From Myxococcales bacterium (lineage in GTDB: Bacteria > Myxococcota_A > Polyangia > Haliangiales > Haliangiaceae): DNA of 32,000 nt. Under the pieces are notes generated by a model that saw nothing but the letters and a program-made list of their open reading frames with translations, was not told the DNA's origin and did no database searches. Positions 1 through 7,050 of the stretch are shown in pieces. Location: contig JADJUF010000037.1 of the NCBI GenBank assembly GCA_016717005.1, positions 759,011 through 791,010 on the forward strand. Direction: 5' to 3'. Position numbers and translations under genes: made by a program. Position 1 is the stretch's first letter; each line of letters begins with the position of its first letter.

Positions 1-571
1 GCTTGAACGTGCCCCACTCGGGGCGGTCGTACGCGGCCCAGCCGCGCGGGTCCTTGCTGAGCTTGACCAGGTCGGCCCAGCCGATGTCCTTGTCGGGCCA
101 GCCCAGCGCCTCGGCCATCGGCTTCCACATCGCGATGACGATCGGCGACAGCACGATCGGCTCGCCGGCGGGCGCCAGCGGCCTGGTGTGGTTGTCGCGC
201 GACAGCCACGCCTGGTTGAGCAGCGCGATGTACGCGCCCGAGGCCGGGCTGTAGACGTGCGGCTTGCTGCTGCCGTCGAGGATCGCCGCCATCGCCTCGC
301 CCGAGCCCGACGCGGCGCCGGTGACGTGGATGGGCCCGCCGCTGGCGGTGCGCGGCGCGCTGGCGTTGAACGCGGCGATCTGCTCCTCGAGCCAGGCCTT
401 CTTCTCGCTGCCGTAGGCGATGCGTAGCTCGACGGTCGGGCCCGCCGGCGGACGCGCGGTGCCGGGCCCGGGGCCGGGACCAGACCGCTCGTCAGGCGCC
501 TTCTTCTTGCACGCCGCCAGCGCCACCACCACCAGACCGACCAGGACCCACGACAGTGTTCGCTTGTGCAT
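1..571 (-). CDS. Putative secreted solute-binding-like lipoprotein, N-terminal ~190 codons (3' end lies beyond the window start)
   Basis: Not in the ORF track because there is no stop inside the window. My translation of the minus strand from ATG 571-569 reads MHKRTLSWVLVGLVVVALAACKKKAPDE...VELRIAYGSEKKAWLEEQIAAFNA...EWGTFK. It has a signal peptide with an LAAC lipobox and G/C-ending codons throughout. The product name is only a guess from the PBP-like N-terminus. Confidence 0.6.
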   Translation of the reverse strand, partial: MHKRTLSWVLVGLVVVALAACKKKAPDERSGPGPGPGTARPPAGPTVELRIAYGSEKKAWLEEQIAAFNASAPRTASGGPIHVTGAASGSGEAMAAILDGSSKPHVYSPASGAYIALLNQAWLSRDNHTRPLAPAGEPIVLSPIVIAMWKPMAEALGWPDKDIGWADLVKLSKDPRGWAAYDRPEWGTFK

Positions 572-823
572 CGTCACCCTCGGCCGTACGGCTCCATTGC
601 GTCAGCGCGGTGACAACCGCGTGGCCGCAACGAAACTCTTGAGCCGAAGGTACCAGGTCGCGCGGTCGCGGCCGGTCAGCCGGCGATCACGCCGGGACGA
701 CGCAGATGCCTGATCGACCAACCCCCGGCCGGGGCACGCGGGCCAAGGATGGCCCCGCGCAGCCGGGGTCAGGCGGACAGCGCAGACGCTGACCGGCGGA
801 TTCTGCGGGCACCGCCTGGCAGG

Positions 824-1210
824 TCACCCTCGGGCACGACGGCGGCAAGGATCGCGCACTGGCTGGGCGGCTGGCCCTGCGGGCGCGCCGGGGCCGGTGT
901 AGCCCGCGGCGCACTCGCCACCCATCGAAGTACACATCGGCGAGCACCAGCCCATGGTCTGGCTGCCGACGCCGCCGACGCCGGTACACATGTTGCCGGC
1001 CGGGCACGTGCCTGGCGTACAGACCTGGCCGAGCGCGTTGACCCCGCCGCCGGCCGCGTCAGGGCCGCCGCCGGCCGCGTCGGGGTTGCCGCCGGTCGCG
1101 TCGCTGGTGCGCGCGTCGATGGCAGGGACGTCGTCACCGCCGCCGCTGCCGCCGCAGGCCGCGAGACCGATCGAGAGCGCGAACACAGACACGATGGAAG
1201 CAAAACGCAT
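824..1210 (-). CDS. Small Cys/Gly-rich secreted lipoprotein (hypothetical)
   Basis: Lies inside ORF 824..1267-. The internal ATG at 1210 gives MRFASIVSVFALSIGLAACGG (signal peptide + lipobox). The mature part is Gly/Cys-rich. The last ~15 aa look less protein-like, so the 3' end is uncertain. Confidence 0.55.
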   Translation of the reverse strand: MRFASIVSVFALSIGLAACGGSGGGDDVPAIDARTSDATGGNPDAAGGGPDAAGGGVNALGQVCTPGTCPAGNMCTGVGGVGSQTMGWCSPMCTSMGGECAAGYTGPGAPAGPAAQPVRDPCRRRARG

Positions 1211-1330
1211 GGGCACCTCTTGGCGGCGGACGATGCAGCATCCGCCACCCGCGCGCGAAGTACCCACGCGGGTACATCCGCTGACAGGCGCTGGCCCGTC
1301 GAGCGAACTGCGCGCGGCACGCGCGCTGCG

Positions 1331-1744
1331 TCAGCGACCGGTGAGATCGACGAGGCGATGATCGCCGTCGTACACGCCGTGGCCGTCCCACTGCGCGAGC
1401 CCCGGCGACAGCTGCCGCAGCGCGGTCCACAGCGGCGCGACCAGCGCGAGCGTGGCGTCAGGCCCGCGCCCGCCCCAGTCGAGGTCCGCGACGACGACCG
1501 CGCGGCTGGCGCGCAGCCGCGGCACCACCGCCGCGCCCTGGCCGGTCGACTCGACGACGCCGATGGTGGTGCGCAGGTCGTCCTCGAACAGGTCGCCGCT
1601 GGCCTGGTTGACCTCGACCTGCCCCAGCGACTGATCGCCGTGCAGCAGCTCACCGAGGTCGATCTTGAGCGCCGGATCGATCGCCTGCAGGGCCTGGTGC
1701 AAGGCCTTCGACGTGATCGGCTGCGCCGCGTAGTACCGGACCAT
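1331..1744 (-). CDS. Hypothetical protein
   Basis: ORF 1331..1804-. The composition is balanced and protein-like (MVRYYAAQPITSKALHQALQAIDPALKIDLGELLHGDQ...). I prefer ATG 1744 over the TTG at 1804, because 1783-1861 is one copy of a 79-bp tandem repeat. Confidence 0.6.
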   Translation of the reverse strand: MVRYYAAQPITSKALHQALQAIDPALKIDLGELLHGDQSLGQVEVNQASGDLFEDDLRTTIGVVESTGQGAAVVPRLRASRAVVVADLDWGGRGPDATLALVAPLWTALRQLSPGLAQWDGHGVYDGDHRLVDLTGR

Positions 1745-1782
1745 GTAGCCCACGAGCGGACGATACACGATCCGCTGGCGGA

Positions 1783-1940
1783 ACAAGGTCGGCCAGCCAA
1801 CCAACCCGGCGCGCGCGTGCGCGATCTCGTCGTCGCGGACTCGCCGGGGCCACCGGTCCTGTCAAGGTCGGGCGGCCAGCGAACCCGGCGCGCGCGTGCG
1901 CGATCTCGTCGCTGCGTCCTCGCCGGGTCCACCGGTTTGG
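1783..1940. repeat. Imperfect 79-bp tandem duplication (2 units: 1783-1861 and 1862-1940)
   Basis: Read directly. Both units share the identical core aacccggcgcgcgcgtgcgcgatctcgtcg, and the flanks are about 80% identical with two small indels. It lies between the stop of the hydrolase gene (1952) and the start of the next gene (1744). Confidence 0.85.
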
Positions 1941-1951
1941 TCAGCGCGCGG

Positions 1952-3112
1952 TCACAGGGCCTCCTCGTAGTTGTGGGCCTTGGGGTAGGTGTCGTCGACC
2001 TGGTCGATGGTCGGGCCGCCGCTGGCGCACTGCAGCGTCGACTCGAGCACCGTGGTCGACGCGAAGTTGATGATGTCCCAGGCCTCGGGCCCGGGGATGT
2101 AGGCTGGGTCGCAGTCGAACAACAGGCCGGCCGCGGCCGCGCCGCACAGCTGGTAGTCGTTGGCGATCTCGAGCAGGTCCTTGCCCGCGGCGTTCTTGGT
2201 CTCGCACAGATCGGAGAACGCGAGGTGGGCGCCGCCGACGATGCTGAGGTAGTGGCGGGGCGTGGCCGAGGTCGACCACGCGGTGTGCGCCGCCGACGGC
2301 TGGACGATGCCGTCCTGGTCGCCGGCCATGAACAGCACGCGCTCGAGCGTCGACGAGGCGGCCGCGGCCTGGTTGCCGGCCATGCTGATCACCACGCGCA
2401 CGCCCGGCAGCGCGGTCGACGACGCGGCCACGCCGGCGCCGGCCGAGTGCCCGGCGACGCCGATCCGGGTGGCGTCGACGTGCCCGGCCAGGAACGCCAG
2501 GTCGTCGGTGGGCGCGCCCAGCGCGGCGATCTCGGCGGCGACGTCGCCGGCCAGGTCGCGGGCGCCGGTCGGCGTGTCGGGGCACAGCATCGTCAGGATG
2601 TCGCCGAGGATCAGGCCCGGGTGATCGGCGGCGATCACCACGAAGCCGCGGCTGGCCCAGTGCGTGACGATCGGCAGCGACTGGTGGCGGAACGCGGCGG
2701 TGCCGTGGACGAACACCACCGCCGGGTACGGGCCGTGGGCGTCGTCGAGGGGCAGGTCGCGGTAGCAGTCGCAGGTCTGCCACGGGTTGTCGGCGTCGCT
2801 GATGACGTCCTGCTGCATCGGGTTGAGCGCCTGGCGCAGGTCGTAGCGCGCCGGCGTCTGCCCAGCCTCGCTGCCGCGGGTGGCCGGGTACCAGACCTCG
2901 ACCTTGCCGAGCCGACCCAGCGCGACGGTGCGCGCGCCGACCGGCCACGGCCCCCGCTCGGCCGGGTCGTGTGGCTTCGACAGGAGCGTCGCGCCGGCGC
3001 AGCCCGGGATGTCGACGACCGGCGCGGGGCCGCCGTCGTCGCCGCCGCAGGCGACGAGCGGGGCCAGCATGCCGACGACGGTGGCGAGCGCGATCGGGCG
3101 GGCGGTGCGCAT
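1952..3112 (-). CDS. Alpha/beta-hydrolase lipoprotein (PAF-acetylhydrolase / dienelactone-hydrolase-like)
   Basis: ORF 1952..3112-. N-terminus MRTARPIALATVVGMLAPLVACGG (lipobox). Nucleophile elbow GHSAG in IGVAGHSAGAG. Upstream VFVHG oxyanion-type strand. Confidence 0.85.
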   Translation of the reverse strand: MRTARPIALATVVGMLAPLVACGGDDGGPAPVVDIPGCAGATLLSKPHDPAERGPWPVGARTVALGRLGKVEVWYPATRGSEAGQTPARYDLRQALNPMQQDVISDADNPWQTCDCYRDLPLDDAHGPYPAVVFVHGTAAFRHQSLPIVTHWASRGFVVIAADHPGLILGDILTMLCPDTPTGARDLAGDVAAEIAALGAPTDDLAFLAGHVDATRIGVAGHSAGAGVAASSTALPGVRVVISMAGNQAAAASSTLERVLFMAGDQDGIVQPSAAHTAWSTSATPRHYLSIVGGAHLAFSDLCETKNAAGKDLLEIANDYQLCGAAAAGLLFDCDPAYIPGPEAWDIINFASTTVLESTLQCASGGPTIDQVDDTYPKAHNYEEAL

Positions 3113-3232
3113 GCCCGGACGCTAGCAGCGATGCGCGGCGGTGCGCGCGCGGATCATCGGCCTGGCGGCCGCGGCGAGCGCGACCGTCGCTGACCGCCCG
3201 CTTACTCGGGCTTTCGCGGTACCGTGGGGTCG

Positions 3233-3772
3233 ATGATCCGCATCGAGCTGGCGCCGTGGCAGCCGGTCCGCACCGCGGAGCTCGTCGGCGTCGCGGCGCT
3301 GGCGGCCTTGCTCGCGGTGCTGGTGCTCGGCGACGACAGCGGCTGGACGCCGGTGGTCGACGGCGCCAACCTGGCGTTCCACGAGGCCGGCCACATGGTC
3401 TACGGCGTGTTCGGCGCCACCGCGGCGCTGTACGGCGGCGTGCTCGGGCAGCTGACGTTCCCGGTCGCGACCGCGGCGACGTTCTTCCTGCGCCGGCAGC
3501 CCCACGGCGTCGCGGTCGGGGTGATCTGGTTCGGCCAGAACCTGTGGAACATCGCGCGCTACATGGCCGACGCCCGCGCCCAGGAGCTGCCGCTGGTCGG
3601 CGGCGGCGAGCACGACTTCACCAACATCTTCACGCGCTGGCACGTGCTCGGGCGCGACACCACGATCGCCGCGTGGACCCGCGGGCTCGGCTGGGCGCTG
3701 GTGGCCGGGGCGCTGGCGTGGCTGGCGTGGCGCTGGCGCCGCGACGCGCGGGCCGCCGGCGATGGTGTATAG
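3233..3772 (+). CDS. Integral membrane protein with HExxH zinc-protease motif
   Basis: ORF 3224..3772+ (GTG 3224, ATG 3233). It has several hydrophobic helices and the motif FHEAGHMV. It is divergent from the hydrolase gene. Confidence 0.7.
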   Translation: MIRIELAPWQPVRTAELVGVAALAALLAVLVLGDDSGWTPVVDGANLAFHEAGHMVYGVFGATAALYGGVLGQLTFPVATAATFFLRRQPHGVAVGVIWFGQNLWNIARYMADARAQELPLVGGGEHDFTNIFTRWHVLGRDTTIAAWTRGLGWALVAGALAWLAWRWRRDARAAGDGV

Positions 3773-3780
3773 AACGCGCG

Positions 3781-4428
3781 ATGAACAAGCTCGCGGCTCT
3801 CGTGATCCTCGCCGCGGCGTGCGGCGGCAAGTCGACGCCGACCACGCCCGGCAACACCGGCGGCGGCGCCAGCGGTCCGGTCTACGCGGCGCTGCTCGAG
3901 CAGGGCGCGCGCTGGTCGTTCGCGCTGACCCACAAGGTCACGCCGCCGGTCGATGACGGCCCGCCCACCACCGAGGCCGCCGGCGCGATGACCTGCACCG
4001 TCGCCATGGCGCACCCGATGGGCGACCTGCAGCTGTCCAAGATCGAGTGCGTCGGCGAGCAGGCGCCCGGCGACGGCTTCGCGCCCGCCGGCTACTGGGT
4101 GGCCAGCCCCGCCGGCCTGTGGCACCTCGACGGCTCGCTCACGATGGACGAGGTCCACGCCCAGGTCGCGGCGCTCGATCCCAAGAAGATGCTGATCGCC
4201 GCGACCCCGGCCGCGCACTCGGACCAGCTCGGCGACCTCGACAACGGCGACGGCCTCGAGGTCTTCGCCGCCAAGCCCGGCGCCGGCGGCGGCTGGTGCG
4301 TCGCCTACACGATGGCGATGGGCGACGAGGCCGGCTGGGAGCTGTGCCTCACCGCCGGCGCGATCGCGTCGGGCAGCTGGTTCTCGGCCGGCGCGACCGT
4401 CGACGAGATGAGCTACGTCGCGCAGTGA
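3781..4428 (+). CDS. Hypothetical lipoprotein
   Basis: This is the tail of track ORF 2971..4428+. ATG 3781 gives MNKLAALVILAAACGGKSTP (signal peptide + Cys), followed by balanced composition. Confidence 0.75.
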   Translation: MNKLAALVILAAACGGKSTPTTPGNTGGGASGPVYAALLEQGARWSFALTHKVTPPVDDGPPTTEAAGAMTCTVAMAHPMGDLQLSKIECVGEQAPGDGFAPAGYWVASPAGLWHLDGSLTMDEVHAQVAALDPKKMLIAATPAAHSDQLGDLDNGDGLEVFAAKPGAGGGWCVAYTMAMGDEAGWELCLTAGAIASGSWFSAGATVDEMSYVAQ

Positions 4429-4437
4429 ACGGTCACT
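4424..4437. terminator. Short hairpin joining two convergent stop codons (AGTGA-acgg-TCACT)
   Basis: TGA 4426-4428 (+ gene) and TCA 4433-4435 (- gene) sit in the two 5-bp arms. There is no U-tract. Confidence 0.3.
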
Positions 4438-5500
4438 CGCAGGCGTAGCCGCGGACGAGGCCGTCGGCGCTGGCGGCGACGATGACGCCGGTGGTCGGCT
4501 CGATCGCGATGTCGACCGCGGCGGCGATGGGCTCGGTGCGCACGGGCCGGAGGTCGGCGAGCGTCCACCAGGTCAGCTCGGCGCCGTCGCCGCGCTGGGC
4601 CAGGGTCACGGCGAGGCCGTCGCCGTCGAGGCGGAGCACGCGATCGATCCGGACGTCGGTGGTGGCGAGGGCGCGCGGCCCGGCCGCGAGCTGGTCGCTG
4701 TCGAACCGTGCGATGAGCTGATCGCCGGCCGCGACCACCGACGCACCGCTGGGATCGGTGGCGAGGCTGCGGAACCAGCCCTGCGCGAGACCGCCGCCGG
4801 CGCCGTTGCAGGTGTCCCAGGCGACGGCGGCCGCGGTCGGGTCGGCGAGGTCGCGCCGCTCGATCGCCGGGCAGCCGTACCACTCGCCGACCGTGAGCCA
4901 GCGATCGCCGGGGGCCAGGCGCGCGGCCGCGGCGTGCCACAAGGTCGTCGTCAGCGGGCCCACGCGCGCGCCGGTCGCCAGCTCGACCAGCGTCAGATCG
5001 CCCGCGAAGGAGTCGGTGGCGCCGGCCAGCCAGCGGCCGTCGTCGTCGAGCGCCGCCGCGACGCCGGCGGCGGGCAAGAGCGCCTGGCGCGGCCCGAGCG
5101 CGCCGGCGGCCACGATCCAGGTCGACGCGCCGCCCTCGACGTCGATCGCCGCGACCGTGCCGTCGGCGGTGGCCGTGAGCGCGGCGGTGGCCACGCCGCT
5201 GGTGGCGAGGGGCTCGCCGTAGCCCGGGCGCACGGCCGTGGCGCCGGCCGCCGACAGGTGCCAGGGCTTGACCGCGCCGTCGGCGCTGGCGATCACGAAG
5301 GACGCCCCGGCGCCCGCCAGCGCGGTGATCGGCGCGTGGACGTTGTCGACCCGCCACCGGGTCGTGACCGCGACCGCCGGATCGGCGCACCGCGCCAGCG
5401 GCGACGGCGGGACCGGCGGCGGCGGCGGCGGCGCGGCCGCGTCGGTGCAGGCGAGGGTGGCGGAGGTGAGGCTGGCGAGGGCGATGACCGAGGTGCGCAT
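4433..5500 (-). CDS. Hypothetical lipoprotein, possibly beta-propeller-like
   Basis: ORF 4433..5533-. ATG 5500 gives MRTSVIALASLTSATLACTD, with GAGGA 9 nt upstream. The mature part has repetitive Ala/Gly/Asp/Trp beta-strand-like segments. Confidence 0.75.
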   Translation of the reverse strand: MRTSVIALASLTSATLACTDAAAPPPPPPVPPSPLARCADPAVAVTTRWRVDNVHAPITALAGAGASFVIASADGAVKPWHLSAAGATAVRPGYGEPLATSGVATAALTATADGTVAAIDVEGGASTWIVAAGALGPRQALLPAAGVAAALDDDGRWLAGATDSFAGDLTLVELATGARVGPLTTTLWHAAAARLAPGDRWLTVGEWYGCPAIERRDLADPTAAAVAWDTCNGAGGGLAQGWFRSLATDPSGASVVAAGDQLIARFDSDQLAAGPRALATTDVRIDRVLRLDGDGLAVTLAQRGDGAELTWWTLADLRPVRTEPIAAAVDIAIEPTTGVIVAASADGLVRGYACE

Positions 5501-5689
5501 GGCGGCATCCTCAGGGGATCGGCGCTCTAACAAAAGCTTGATTATCTGACGCTACCGTTCAGTTTTCGTTGGGATGACGAAGGGCCCATCGAACGCCGAC
5601 GTCGTCGATGGCCCGGGCGGCGACGACCGTCACCTGACGCGCCGTCGGGTCGGCCGTCGGGTAGATCGTGCGCCGCCGCGGCCGCGCCC

Positions 5690-6139
5690 TCAGCGGGCCC
5701 AGAGCTCGAGCTGGGCCTTGCCGCCGCCGGGGAGGTTGCCGTAGCGGAACTCGACGCGGCGGATCGCGCGGTTGCCGCCGGGCAGATCGATGTCGCGGCT
5801 CCACGCGCCCTGGCCGAAGACGAGGCGCGTGCCGGGGGAGAACGAGGTGCCGTCGCCGAACACCACGACGACGTCGAACAGCTCGAGCGCGCTGTGCTCG
5901 GCCTTGAGCTTGATGGTGGTGAAGCGGCCGTCGTCGCGCCCGACGGGGATGACGTCGCGATCGGCGCGGCCGTTGACCCAGCGCTCGCCGAGCTTGTCCC
6001 AGCCGGTCATGGCCTCGACCCGATGGTCGCGGGCGTCGTCACGGCGCTCGGCCGCGCGCGGCCCGGGGCGGGTCTTGACGACGCAGGCGGTGAGCGACAG
6101 GGCGAGGAAGGCGAGGGCGAAGGCGCGAGAGATCGTCAT
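5690..6139 (-). CDS. Hypothetical lipoprotein
   Basis: ORF 5690..6259-. The internal ATG 6139 gives MTISRAFALAFLALSLTACVV (lipobox LTAC). The rest is well-balanced sequence (...TTIKLKAEHSALELFDVVVVFGDGTSF...). Confidence 0.75.
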   Translation of the reverse strand: MTISRAFALAFLALSLTACVVKTRPGPRAAERRDDARDHRVEAMTGWDKLGERWVNGRADRDVIPVGRDDGRFTTIKLKAEHSALELFDVVVVFGDGTSFSPGTRLVFGQGAWSRDIDLPGGNRAIRRVEFRYGNLPGGGKAQLELWAR

Positions 6140-6339
6140 GCTGCTTGGACCATGATCTGCGCCGTTGGTTAGGACCGACCCGCGATCGAACCGGGCGGCG
6201 CGCATCCCGGCCCTTTGGGTAGAGCAACCCGCGTGCCGCGCGCAGGCCCGCGCGATCACGTCGTCGCCGGGATCTGCAGGTCCCGGTGCGGCTCAGCCTA
6301 TTGCTCGTCGACGGGCACGCCGGGTCGATCTAGCAGGCC

Positions 6340-6512
6340 GCACGCCGCGGTCGGAGTGTACCGGCGCGGCACCAGCCCGGGCCTCACGGCGCGGTCGGCG
6401 TGTACCGGCGCGGCGGCCCGGGCCTCACGGCGCGGTTGGCGTGCGTCGGAGTGGCACCAGCCCGGGGCTCACGGCGCGGTCGGCTTGCGCCGGAGCGGCA
6501 CCAGCCCGGGGC
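6340..6512 (-). repeat. Four tandem units (44, 41, 44, 44 bp) reproducing the last 13 codons + stop of gene 6469..7038
   Basis: Units are 6340-6383, 6384-6424, 6425-6468 and 6469-6512 (the last is the real gene end). TCA (the stop on the minus strand) starts units 2-4 and has become GCA in unit 1. Divergence increases with distance from the gene. Confidence 0.9.
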
Positions 6513-7038
6513 GCAGCGGCGCGGCGATGCCGGCCTCGAAGTCGACCCAGATGTTGGCGTCCTCGCGGCAGTCGTACTGTCGGCACTGGGCCGGGCGGTG
6601 CGCGTAGCACTGGCAACCGCCGTCGGTGCGATCCTGGTACGCGCACGAGCCGTGGTCGCCGTGCGGCAGGACGTAGGGCTGCTCGAGCCGCCACGCCAGC
6701 TTGCCCTCGACCAGATCCTGCTCCGACAGGCTGATGTCGTACGCGCAGCACCGGCCGTGGCACAGGTGCATGCGGCTGGCGCAGTCGATCTCGGCGCCCG
6801 CCATCCCGTACTTGTCGGGCGCGGACTCGAGCCGGATCTGCGGCTCGGTGATCAGCCGCGCGTGCTGGCGCAGGCGCGTGAGCATGCGCAGGTGGCCCTC
6901 GCCGAGCTGGCCCCGCGCGCGCAGGATCTCGAGCAGCGTCTCGACCACGTAGCCGAGCTCGGCGGCGGTCTGCTCGGCGCGCTCGCTGATCGCCATCGCG
7001 CGCCGCAGCTCGGCGCGCAGCTCGTCGAGCTCGTCCAT
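6469..7038 (-). CDS. YkgJ-family cysteine-cluster (Zn/Fe-binding) protein
   Basis: ORF 6469..7038-. Cys-rich core CASRMHLCHGRCCAYDISL ... GSCAYQDRTDGGCQCYAHRPAQCRQYDC, typical of the UPF0153/YkgJ family. Its start lies 12 nt after the stop of the upstream hydrolase gene. Confidence 0.8.
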   Translation of the reverse strand: MDELDELRAELRRAMAISERAEQTAAELGYVVETLLEILRARGQLGEGHLRMLTRLRQHARLITEPQIRLESAPDKYGMAGAEIDCASRMHLCHGRCCAYDISLSEQDLVEGKLAWRLEQPYVLPHGDHGSCAYQDRTDGGCQCYAHRPAQCRQYDCREDANIWVDFEAGIAAPLRPGLVPLRRKPTAP

Positions 7039-7050
7039 GGACGCGCGCGC

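Noticed and set aside
573-833. The 10-mer TCACCCTCGG occurs at the stop of gene 824..1210 and again at 574-583, 250 bp downstream.
   Set aside because: It is not tandem, only about 16 of 20 nt are similar, and it also overlaps the start region of the next gene. It is probably coincidental.
749-3193. Very long track ORFs: 749..3193+, 6400..9942+ (except its lspA tail), 6425..8800-, 10763..12454-, 15472..17868+, 16154..17803- and 22954..25215-.
   Set aside because: The translations are dominated by Arg/Ala/Gly/Pro runs with no motifs. They lie antisense to or out of frame with ORFs that have clear protein signatures. This is typical shadow-ORF behaviour in very GC-rich DNA.
5521-5580. AT-rich island upstream of gene 4433..5500, considered as another site for the GAATGAAC/ATTCATTC operator or as a definable sigma70 promoter.
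   Set aside because: It contains CTGAACGG and a GATAAT-like hexamer. There is no 16-bp palindrome match and no -35 hexamer at sensible spacing, so I could not support a specific call.
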